Below, piece by piece: positions 18,229 to 26,845 of a stretch of 64,000 bases of DNA (the stretch's first letter is position 1; each line of letters starts with the position of its first letter). The stretch lies in sequence record MG752970.1. One strand, 5' to 3'. The notes under the pieces are model-generated. The model did no database searches. It was not told the DNA's origin and saw nothing but the letters and a program-made list of their open reading frames with translations. The translations under genes were made by a program, and so were the position numbers.

Positions 18229-18472
18229 AAAAGAAAAACAGTACGCGTTGTTGAATGCTGCTACTCATCGAACGTATGCCATCATTCCACTTGGTTTGCT
18301 AGCTGAAGCATTTGCTAAGGATATGCTGGAATGGCAGGACAGGGAAGTTCAGATGAAAGGTGAGGATAAGCCGCGCATCGTTCCAGTCGCAGTGGTTACA
18401 AATAATGGTGATATCACCCTTGGCCCACTTACGATTTGTTTCCAGGTTGGTGACTTTTTCGTTGAAAATTGA
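18212..18472 (+). CDS. Hypothetical protein
   Basis: AAGGA RBS, overlaps neighbours. Confidence 0.65.
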   Translation: MFGFNRKEKQYALLNAATHRTYAIIPLGLLAEAFAKDMLEWQDREVQMKGEDKPRIVPVAVVTNNGDITLGPLTICFQVGDFFVEN

Positions 18473-18483
18473 AAGGAAAAATC

Positions 18484-18705
18484 ATGAGTTGCAAATGCAC
18501 ATCGTGTTCCTGCACTACAACGTGTGGTGATGGTCGCGTAAAAGATCAGGCTGCCTCCGAACTGAAGTCATGGTTGAGCGAGAATGCCGTGATGCGATCA
18601 TGGGGTGAATACGAAGGTATCGCCGATCTGAACATGGCCGAGTTGGGTGCTCTTCGTGCTCTAGTTGAAGCGGCCATCCAAGAAAAGATTAAGAATAGAG
18701 AATAA
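18484..18705 (+). CDS. Hypothetical protein with Cys-rich N-terminus
   Basis: AAGGA RBS before ATG 18484. Confidence 0.6.
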   Translation: MSCKCTSCSCTTTCGDGRVKDQAASELKSWLSENAVMRSWGEYEGIADLNMAELGALRALVEAAIQEKIKNRE

Positions 18706-18706
18706 G

Positions 18707-19747
18707 ATGAAAGAGCTAATTAAATTTCCGAGCATTGAACAATTCCGAAACGTTATTAAGGACGTTCAGTTCCGTGCTCAAACTGTCGGTTACGACCAAG
18801 ATGGTAAGCGTGTCATTGACTATGATCCTAAGTATCCAAAGCTCAAGTTCCTGGGTACGGTGAAGATTCATGGTACCAATGCATGTGTTGCTTCACATGA
18901 AGATGATGTGTGGTACCAATCACGTGAACGTATCATTACTCCGGAAAGCGATAATGCTGGATTCGCTACTGCTATGACGGTGATTCCAGATCAAATTACG
19001 GATCTGTTTGCTCAAATTCGTAAGCATAATATCGATAAGGGTGAACATCCAGTTCTCATCTTCGGTGAGTGGTGTGGTGGCAACATTCAAGCTAACGTGG
19101 GTGTTACCGGTCTACCAAAGATGTTTGTGGTTTTCAGCATCAAGGTGAACGATGAATGGCTAACTCGTGAGGATTTCGCCAAAATCACGTTCCCAAACGA
19201 GCAGAAGATTTTTAGCATCTATGATTTTCCAACCTGGGAAATTGAGATCGACTTTGCTCTTCCAACTCTGGTGCAGAACCAGCTGGGTGAACTGACTCTT
19301 GCTGTTGAAGCAGAATGCCCGGTTGCTAAGCATTTTGGCAACTCTGGTGTTGGTGAAGGGATCGTGTGGAAGTGCATCGCGCCTTTCTACAATGAATCTC
19401 GTTACTGGTTCAAGGTGAAGGGTGAGAAGCATTCTGTCAGTAAGGTGAAAACCCTGGCGCCGATTGACGTAGAGAAGGTTCAAAGCATGAATGAACTTAT
19501 CGAAACTGTTCTGACTGAAAATCGTCTAAAGCAAGGTATCGATAAGCTTCAAGAAATGGGTAAGGAAATCAGCGAGAAGTCTACTGGTGATTATCTACGC
19601 TGGATCCATGGCGATATTGTGAAGGAAGAACTTGATCGTATCGTTGCAAGTGGTTTTGAACCTAAGGATCTTGGTAAGCCGGTTAGTACGAAGGCTCGTC
19701 AATGGTTCTTCAACTACATCAACTCTAACCCACCGGTGATTCAATAA
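18707..19747 (+). CDS. Rnl2-family RNA ligase
   Basis: Motif I TVKIHGTN, FGEWCG, GEGIVW, FKVKGEKH; C-terminal Rnl2-type domain. Confidence 0.85.
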   Translation: MKELIKFPSIEQFRNVIKDVQFRAQTVGYDQDGKRVIDYDPKYPKLKFLGTVKIHGTNACVASHEDDVWYQSRERIITPESDNAGFATAMTVIPDQITDLFAQIRKHNIDKGEHPVLIFGEWCGGNIQANVGVTGLPKMFVVFSIKVNDEWLTREDFAKITFPNEQKIFSIYDFPTWEIEIDFALPTLVQNQLGELTLAVEAECPVAKHFGNSGVGEGIVWKCIAPFYNESRYWFKVKGEKHSVSKVKTLAPIDVEKVQSMNELIETVLTENRLKQGIDKLQEMGKEISEKSTGDYLRWIHGDIVKEELDRIVASGFEPKDLGKPVSTKARQWFFNYINSNPPVIQ

Positions 19748-19971
19748 TGGCTTGTGCTGGTTGTTATAACAGATGCGAGGAACACGATGAAGACGGTTGG
19801 GTTGTCAACAAGTGTTCTGATGCAGAATATAGACGAGCTACTGGTGCAAATATGTGTTCAGGTGCTCGCGAAATGGGTAAGAATATCCTAAATACCAACT
19901 GTGAACTGAAATCACCAAGTGCAAAGGTCGATAGATGTGATCTTTGCGGGTATGTTTACATTTATTCTTGA
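19747..19971 (+). CDS. Cys-rich small protein
   Basis: TAATG coupling; CxxC motifs. Confidence 0.65.
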   Translation: MACAGCYNRCEEHDEDGWVVNKCSDAEYRRATGANMCSGAREMGKNILNTNCELKSPSAKVDRCDLCGYVYIYS

Positions 19972-19981
19972 GGAGAAGTAA

Positions 19982-20245
19982 ATGGCAAAAACGTTGTACG
20001 TGATTATTTCTGATGGTGGTGACGGTAGCTATTACCCACAATACACTATGAATACGGACTTGATCAATAAGATGCAGGAAGCTTATGATCTTGGTCTAAT
20101 GCATTACGATAATGGTATTGGATGCGATGGTGATGGTTTTCATTTTGACACTATTACGATTCCAGATGAGTGTACTCCAGATTCATTAGGAATTTCCGTG
20201 TTAGATGATGATTACGCGGATGAATTCTTTGAGAATGCTGAATAA
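19982..20245 (+). CDS. Acidic hypothetical protein
   Basis: GAGGAG RBS. Confidence 0.7.
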   Translation: MAKTLYVIISDGGDGSYYPQYTMNTDLINKMQEAYDLGLMHYDNGIGCDGDGFHFDTITIPDECTPDSLGISVLDDDYADEFFENAE

Positions 20246-20268
20246 TTAACTTAGTTTTTCTATGTGTT

Positions 20269-20293
20269 AAGGGTAGCCTAGGCTACCCTTTTT
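20269..20293 (+). terminator. Terminator ending accessory block
   Basis: Perfect palindrome AAGGGTAGCCTAGGCTACCCTT plus TTT. Confidence 0.85.
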
Positions 20294-20346
20294 CATGTCC
20301 CGGATGTCCTTAGACGGAATAAATAGTCTATCATCCAGGAGACATG
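20294..20346 (+). promoter_or_regulatory. Late promoter (20319-20325) in the loop of an RBS-sequestering hairpin
   Basis: CATGTC/GACATG, TCCCGGATG/CATCCAGGA, TAGAC/GTCTA; right arm holds AGGAG. Confidence 0.7.
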
Positions 20347-20347
20347 A

Positions 20348-21829
20348 ATGTCCGAAATCCTTTCAACAACAATATCAGACCTTATTGAAGAATCCAGACG
20401 TATCAGTCCAACGTTTGAAAGAATCTCACCTACTTCAGCTAAGATTAGCTGGGTCTATCCGTCAACGTTTAGAACCTTAAATGGGGTTTTGGTTCTCCTA
20501 AGTGATTCTGCATTTAATCCATCTAATTATCCAACCGATACGGTTCGGTACACCCCTTCTACGGTTTTCTCATCGCCTGCAGACAAAATTGGTGCCGCAG
20601 TAGTTGTAGGTGCTTTCTACAATGATGTAACAACCCTAAGTGTTACTGTAACGGGATTAGATCCTGCTGTCATCTATTACGCATCTGTTCATGGTGTTTC
20701 AAATGTCATCCAGTACTATCAGAATGGTGTCCAGACATACCCAATCGAAGTAGATGTAGATCCATACACAGGTAACATCCCTGAGTCTGAGACACCTCCT
20801 GCGAACCCTACACTGGGTACGGTGTACTACAACAAATTCAACAATCAGGTTCTAATGTGGACTGGCTCTATGTGGGTACAGGCTTCAGCAGGAACTGTCC
20901 TAACTGGAACACAATTTCCGGTGGCAGGAACGGACGGCGAGTTCTTCTACCACACTAATAGACGAATTCTCTACATATGCAATGCTGGTCAGTGGACTGA
21001 GGCAAACACTGCTGACAGAGGTCAGCAAATGCAAAACAAGAAGGACATAGGAACTGATACTTCTTACGATGCTCGTCTGCAGCTTATCAATATCCTAAAG
21101 GCACAGCTGGGTTGGCCATCTATGTGCGTAGAGCTGAATGAAAACCAGTTTGACGTTGCTATTGATAATGCAATTCAAGAGCTGCGTCGCCGCACTGATG
21201 TTGCCTATCGCCGCCGCTACATTATCATGCGCCTGCAACCTGCGCAAGAAGTTTACTACCTGAATGACCCAACGGTTGGAACTACAAAGGTTACAGAGGT
21301 TTTAAAGATTCACCGTACAAACTATTTTGGTGTTCTTACATCTGGTGATAATGCAATTTACAGCCAGGTCATTTTCAACAACCTGTTCAACAATGGAAGT
21401 GATACAAATCTGGTATCAATTCACTTGCTGGCGGCATATGGAAATGAGTTTACTAAACTATTTGCGGGTGAACTTCAATTCAATTGGGATGAAACCACCC
21501 GTGAACTCTACGTTCACCGCAAGGTTGCTGGAAACGAACCTGTTGTTCTAGAGGTTTCAATGGAACGCACTGAGCAAGAATTGCTCATAGACAGATGGAC
21601 CACACAATGGATTCAAGCGTGGGCTCTTTCAGAATGCAAGTACATGCTGGGTATTATTCGTACAAAATATGCTAATCTTCCTGGAGCAAACGGTGGAATT
21701 AGCATGAATGGTGACATGTTGATTCAGGAAGCGAATACAGATCAACAAGAGTGCCTGCGTCAGATTGCTAACTATGAAGTCGGAAACGGTGGAAGTGAGT
21801 TCGGCAATTGGACCTTTACAATGGGTTAA
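20348..21829 (+). CDS. gp13: Neck protein gp13-like with long N-terminal extension
   Basis: LGWPSMCVELNENQFDVAIDNAI, WIQAWALSECK, GIIRTKY, LPGANGGISMNG. Confidence 0.88.
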   Translation: MSEILSTTISDLIEESRRISPTFERISPTSAKISWVYPSTFRTLNGVLVLLSDSAFNPSNYPTDTVRYTPSTVFSSPADKIGAAVVVGAFYNDVTTLSVTVTGLDPAVIYYASVHGVSNVIQYYQNGVQTYPIEVDVDPYTGNIPESETPPANPTLGTVYYNKFNNQVLMWTGSMWVQASAGTVLTGTQFPVAGTDGEFFYHTNRRILYICNAGQWTEANTADRGQQMQNKKDIGTDTSYDARLQLINILKAQLGWPSMCVELNENQFDVAIDNAIQELRRRTDVAYRRRYIIMRLQPAQEVYYLNDPTVGTTKVTEVLKIHRTNYFGVLTSGDNAIYSQVIFNNLFNNGSDTNLVSIHLLAAYGNEFTKLFAGELQFNWDETTRELYVHRKVAGNEPVVLEVSMERTEQELLIDRWTTQWIQAWALSECKYMLGIIRTKYANLPGANGGISMNGDMLIQEANTDQQECLRQIANYEVGNGGSEFGNWTFTMG

Positions 21830-21835
21830 TTTCAT

Positions 21836-23368
21836 ATGGCTATTCAACAACCAGATTGCAAATATCAAGCCCCCGAGCTGGATATTGGAACTCTTGATTT
21901 ATCTACCGATGATTGTATTGTCCAACATGACAACCAATACATCAACAATCTTACTGCCGAACATTTGCAGATCGCAGGAGCGCCAGTTAACGTCTTTAAA
22001 ATGTTGGGGGTGCATGAACAGGGATCTACCATTGATCTTGTAGGATCTGGTTATCCAATTTCGTCTGGAACTTCGGCAGGATACAACGCTCTGAACGCGT
22101 TCAACAGTTCCGGTGGAACTTGGAGAAGCATTCAGACTGGTGCCGCAGTTGTTACGACTCCCGCTTACATTGGATATTCGTTTGGTACCAAGAAAACGAA
22201 AGTAGGCAATCAGGAAAGATACGCACCGTCACAGCCCGTAAGATATCATGTTACGACAATTAAGTTACGTCAAGGTGATTTGCAACAAAATCGAGCTCTT
22301 CAAATTAAGGTTGAAAGATCGGATGACGGAATAAACTGGGTGCTTGTTGATTATGTTAACTTAGCAAATGATAATACTTTGCAGACGTTGAACATAAAAC
22401 AGTCGACGATGATGCAGCAATGGAGAATCAGTCCCACAATTTTTAATGGTGGCAGCGCCGATGCATGGGAAGTTGCTGAAATTCACTTACTAGATTATAG
22501 TGCAACGTCGCTTGATAATATTCAGGATTTCGTATTACTTGAGAATCGTGACAGAGATTATTCAACTACTTCAATTCAATTGAAGTGCTCATATGACATG
22601 AATGAGTCGATGACTGATCTAGCAAAATTTGGTATCATGCTTCCAGATCAGTACAACTTTGTAGTATCGTTTGCAATGATGGTGCAAAAACTAGGTCGAC
22701 CTATTGTTGTTGGCGATATAGTTGAGCTTCCATCGCAACTTCAATACGATGCAAATTTGAATTGCGTACGTAAGTATCTAGAAGTAACAGATACTATGTG
22801 GTCATCTGAAGGATTTACTCCAAGCTGGTATCCAACGCTGTTTAAATTTGTGGCTGTTCCTGCACTTGCAACCCAAGAAACACGAGATATTTTTGGAACT
22901 GCCAAGGATTACAAGAAGAGTGGTGGATCGATCAACGATTTCTTGAATGGAAATATTCCAATTGATCTTCTTAATGTGAAAGCATCCGATGATATTCAAC
23001 AACAATCTGCTGAGATGGTTCCAGAACGAGGATCTGACGTATCCGATGTCGTAAGTGGAATGGATATTAGAGACACTCGAGGATCATATGATGGAACTGA
23101 TTTATATGTTGAGGATGCAATTCCACCAAACAATCAACCTTATACCGAATTGATTAATCAATGGCCAGCCAATCCGCAGGACGGTGATTGGCATCGAATG
23201 CTGCAAGATCCTGCTCTCAGAATACCTGCAGTACTATACAGATATAACGGTGTAAAGAAGCGTTGGATTAAAGTTGAAGTCGACCGTAGAGATCCATACA
23301 TCTCATACAAGCCTACCATAAATAACATCGTGACTTCTAACACGCAATTTAACATTAATGAGAAGTGA
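21836..23368 (+). CDS. gp14: Neck protein gp14-like with discoidin (F5/8C)-like insertion
   Basis: EHLQIAGAPVNVFK, LAKFGI, LGRPIVVGDIV; insert with SSGGTW...IKVERSDDGINW...WRISP. Confidence 0.8.
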   Translation: MAIQQPDCKYQAPELDIGTLDLSTDDCIVQHDNQYINNLTAEHLQIAGAPVNVFKMLGVHEQGSTIDLVGSGYPISSGTSAGYNALNAFNSSGGTWRSIQTGAAVVTTPAYIGYSFGTKKTKVGNQERYAPSQPVRYHVTTIKLRQGDLQQNRALQIKVERSDDGINWVLVDYVNLANDNTLQTLNIKQSTMMQQWRISPTIFNGGSADAWEVAEIHLLDYSATSLDNIQDFVLLENRDRDYSTTSIQLKCSYDMNESMTDLAKFGIMLPDQYNFVVSFAMMVQKLGRPIVVGDIVELPSQLQYDANLNCVRKYLEVTDTMWSSEGFTPSWYPTLFKFVAVPALATQETRDIFGTAKDYKKSGGSINDFLNGNIPIDLLNVKASDDIQQQSAEMVPERGSDVSDVVSGMDIRDTRGSYDGTDLYVEDAIPPNNQPYTELINQWPANPQDGDWHRMLQDPALRIPAVLYRYNGVKKRWIKVEVDRRDPYISYKPTINNIVTSNTQFNINEK

Positions 23369-23369
23369 A

Positions 23370-24233
23370 ATGACATTTAAGGCATTTTTGCAAGAAACAA
23401 CCATGTCAGATACTAGCAGAGTTATTTCATTAAAAACTGCTGCAGAATTAGTACGTCAACATTGCATGGATGCTTACAATCAAACACGTAATGAACACGC
23501 GGTTTTATTTAGAGGAATTCGTTCGGTAAGTGGTAAGAACGCTCTAGCATTGGAAACAGATAGGCATGTAAGAACTGCGGCATTCACCTATAACATTGTC
23601 AATTTGCTGATGAGCAATCTTCCTGTATGGTCTGATTATCCAAAACGAAACTTATCGGCAGTATGCACAAATAGTGAAAGACGCGCAAACGATTATTCAA
23701 ATAATCCCGGTGAGGTGTTTGTAGTATTTCCTTTTAATGGGACCAAGATAGGACAGTGTAGTGAATACGATTTGTGGGAATCATTTCAAAGACTTGCACA
23801 CATTGGAACGGTAGACTTTTTTGCTGAAATTCTTACTGATTTTATGAGTGAGATGGTTGACAAAAATTTCTATACTTATTCTAAAAACAGTCAGTATGAC
23901 AAGGTTGTTGCATCCTTCGCAAAATTGGATGCTTATGCTAAGAAAATTGGCATAGAAAAGTTTAAGGAAAAAGCTAAAGAGAATGAGAATGGTGAAGTTT
24001 TGTTTAGCAAGTACAAATACGCATTGGCCGATTACGATGGAAATTTTCTAGAATCACTATCAAAACTTCTTGATCCAACAAAGAATGGTTTTAAGATTAC
24101 CACTGCTGGTCACATAGAAAAAAGTACGGATAGACTTGGTAAAGAAATGTGGTTTTCAGGTAAAGCTGTAGCGGTACCTGTTGATCTCATGGACAAATTT
24201 ATGGATTTGATGGATAAGTATGACAACGTTTAA
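23370..24233 (+). CDS. Putative ADP-ribosyltransferase-fold protein, paralogue 1
   Basis: MTFKAFLQE; LFRG, YPKRNLSAVCT, EMW. Confidence 0.55.
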   Translation: MTFKAFLQETTMSDTSRVISLKTAAELVRQHCMDAYNQTRNEHAVLFRGIRSVSGKNALALETDRHVRTAAFTYNIVNLLMSNLPVWSDYPKRNLSAVCTNSERRANDYSNNPGEVFVVFPFNGTKIGQCSEYDLWESFQRLAHIGTVDFFAEILTDFMSEMVDKNFYTYSKNSQYDKVVASFAKLDAYAKKIGIEKFKEKAKENENGEVLFSKYKYALADYDGNFLESLSKLLDPTKNGFKITTAGHIEKSTDRLGKEMWFSGKAVAVPVDLMDKFMDLMDKYDNV

Positions 24234-25137
24234 AGAATATTTGACAGAAATGACGAGGTCTGAACGATCGGAACTCGTCAAATCTACGTTTAAAGGTCTT
24301 ACTAAAGATCAAACTCTAGAATACGTGAAGACGCATTGTAAGAAGGCTCTTGCAGACTTCAAGGCGGGAAGAATTATGTTTCGTGGAATTAAAACGAAGG
24401 ATGAATACGGATTTATCAATCCATCATCAATAGAACGACAATCCGCAAACACATACAATCTTTACAACATTATTATTAGTGAGTCGTCGAATTGGGCCAA
24501 ATATCCCAAGCGTAACAAATCTGCAATATGCACTATTGACACATGGAAAGCTCAAAGATATTCATACAATGGAATGCCTCACATGGTTTTTCCGGTAGAT
24601 GGATTCTTGCTAGGTGTGTGCCCTGATCATGACATTTACGTTTCATTCAATCACACCCTTAAGGAACTACTTCATATAGCTACTCCAACATTACGAGTTT
24701 TTAATGGAATAGTTCTGGCAATCCTGGTTATGTCCGGTGTTGTGGGTTCAGCATCTACTGATTTTGCAGAATTGTTGGACAATGGATCTAGATCTGATGA
24801 AGTCTTTCACGATGCAGCAAAAGTAAAGCATCTATTTTCTGAATTTGATCGTAGATATGCCAAAGAAAAAAATCTCGATAAGCTTCTTGCCACGGTGAAG
24901 TTATCCGGTGATGGTAATGGTGCTGCAGTTACTTTAGCATTGCGTTTGTTGACTAACTATAAAGGTGATCTTTGGAAATTATGCTCACAAATTTTAGATC
25001 CAACTGCCAATGATTTTGTGTTGTTGAAGAACCAAATTCCAGAACCAGGCAAATCAAAAGAGGTTTGGACTGATTCTGATTGTATCGTAATTGAGGCTAC
25101 AGATGAAAATATCGAAGCTCTCATGTTACTAAAATGA
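24220..25137 (+). CDS. Putative ADP-ribosyltransferase-fold protein, paralogue 2
   Basis: MTTFKEYLTE; MFRG, YPKRNKSAICT, EVW. Confidence 0.55.
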   Translation: MTTFKEYLTEMTRSERSELVKSTFKGLTKDQTLEYVKTHCKKALADFKAGRIMFRGIKTKDEYGFINPSSIERQSANTYNLYNIIISESSNWAKYPKRNKSAICTIDTWKAQRYSYNGMPHMVFPVDGFLLGVCPDHDIYVSFNHTLKELLHIATPTLRVFNGIVLAILVMSGVVGSASTDFAELLDNGSRSDEVFHDAAKVKHLFSEFDRRYAKEKNLDKLLATVKLSGDGNGAAVTLALRLLTNYKGDLWKLCSQILDPTANDFVLLKNQIPEPGKSKEVWTDSDCIVIEATDENIEALMLLK

Positions 25138-25145
25138 GAAAACTT

Positions 25146-26009
25146 ATGAAGCTTGAAGATTTATTTGAAACCTCAGAGCAAGTAGAGAAGCTTGTCTCTA
25201 ATTATAAGAAAATTTCTGAAGAGACTGTTCTCAAATATTTGAAATCAGATTTTAAAAATTCATTTGACGTTATTTCCGAAACACCGTTATATAGGGGTCT
25301 ACCCTCGAATGAAGCATTCTTCTTCGTTGATCCTAAACAATTATCTAGAACCGAATTCCAGTCAAATCTTTATACGCTCATTATCGATAACAGTGAGGAA
25401 TGGGAAAATTTCCCAAAAAGATCTGAAAGTGTAATAGCTACAACGGACTTCCAAGATACTAAAACATATGGAACACCGTATTACGTAATTCCTATGGATG
25501 GATTTAAATTAGGGTGCTGCTCTGCGGATGAAATAGACGACTCATTCCAGAACGCAATGAAGGAGGTCGGTAAGGCCTCTCTGAGTGAATTTTGCGATTC
25601 GATGAAGGATCTATTGTGGCTCGTGACCGGGTGTAACCGGGAGGACCTATACACCTCAGAGGCAACATTACGTAAAGTATGTAGAAGATTTGATGCGGCA
25701 TACAGTGGAACGCACATCAAAGAATTTTTAGAAAGCAAATCCATAACATCTAAGAACAAAATGTTTGATGAAACTATGGATGATATCGGATTAGTAATGT
25801 TGCATTACTTTGATGTTCATTACGAGGGTGATGTATACGCATGGATTGAGCATATCATTAATCCAGAAGAAAATGCATTATTTGTTGAGGATAATTACGT
25901 CCCGGGTGGATACGTGGAAGTCTGGACAGATTCTCCGTGCATTTTTGTTCATGAAAAGAAGTTTAAAGAAATCCAGACAAAACTTGGCCGCAATACTAAT
26001 GGTGGATAA
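25146..26009 (+). CDS. Putative ADP-ribosyltransferase-fold protein, paralogue 3
   Basis: MKLEDLFE (start may be 25134); LYRG, FPKRSESVIAT, EVW. Confidence 0.55.
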   Translation: MKLEDLFETSEQVEKLVSNYKKISEETVLKYLKSDFKNSFDVISETPLYRGLPSNEAFFFVDPKQLSRTEFQSNLYTLIIDNSEEWENFPKRSESVIATTDFQDTKTYGTPYYVIPMDGFKLGCCSADEIDDSFQNAMKEVGKASLSEFCDSMKDLLWLVTGCNREDLYTSEATLRKVCRRFDAAYSGTHIKEFLESKSITSKNKMFDETMDDIGLVMLHYFDVHYEGDVYAWIEHIINPEENALFVEDNYVPGGYVEVWTDSPCIFVHEKKFKEIQTKLGRNTNGG

Positions 26010-26012
26010 ATA
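26006..26012 (+). promoter_or_regulatory. Late promoter box ATAAATA
   Basis: Overlaps upstream stop, precedes gp15. Confidence 0.5.
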
Positions 26013-26016
26013 AAAC

Positions 26017-26829
26017 ATGATTACTGGATATTTCTATCAACAGCAACTGAAGAGATACATAATTCAGTTCGCGGCAATTTTTGCAGGTCTCAAAGTTAAA
26101 ACCGGAAAAGGAAAAGACGGAGAGATTACTGACATCGACGTTCCTATAAGTTATGGGTCGAGAGATCGAGTTGTGTCTGCAATTGGAGCAGGATTTACGC
26201 AAAATAAACCAGTTGTAATCCCAACTATGACGTGTTATATGCAAGGTATAGATATTGCCTTGGATAGAATGAAGGGTACAGGTTTTCTTGATAGACGGGT
26301 TCATTTGCAAGCTGGTGGAATTTTCCCAGATGATCTAAAAGTTGTTGAGCGTTATATGCCAATTCCGTATGATTTGACATTTGAGCTCAACCTAGTAGCA
26401 TCCAATTCTGATCAAATGTATCAAATGCTAGAACAGATATTGGTCATGTTTGATCCTATTCTACAAATACAAACATCGGACGCTCCTTTTGATTGGACGA
26501 AAATTACATGTGTGACTCTTCAATCTGCTGGAAACGAGGAAAATTGGCCTCTTGGAACCGATAGAAGATTGATAACATGGACGTTAACATTTAAAGTGGA
26601 TGCGTATCTTGGTATTCCAGCAGATTTACGCAATCAAATTGTGAGAAACATTATCATTCAGTATGGTGACCTAGATGGTTTTACTATGAATGAATACTCG
26701 GAAGATGGAGAGATGGTTCCGTTTGTTGATCAATATGCAACATCAATAGTGCAGGGATCTCCTCTATATTATGACGGCGAGGCAGACTATGATGGAGTCT
26801 ATCAGTCGGGTGCAGGATCTGTCGAATAA
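26017..26829 (+). CDS. gp15: Tail sheath stabiliser / tail terminator
   Basis: GYFYQQQLKRYIIQFAAIF, VPISYGSR, PIPYDLTFEL, QMLEQIL..F.P. Confidence 0.9.
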   Translation: MITGYFYQQQLKRYIIQFAAIFAGLKVKTGKGKDGEITDIDVPISYGSRDRVVSAIGAGFTQNKPVVIPTMTCYMQGIDIALDRMKGTGFLDRRVHLQAGGIFPDDLKVVERYMPIPYDLTFELNLVASNSDQMYQMLEQILVMFDPILQIQTSDAPFDWTKITCVTLQSAGNEENWPLGTDRRLITWTLTFKVDAYLGIPADLRNQIVRNIIIQYGDLDGFTMNEYSEDGEMVPFVDQYATSIVQGSPLYYDGEADYDGVYQSGAGSVE

Positions 26830-26845
26830 CGTGGAAGATTAAAAT

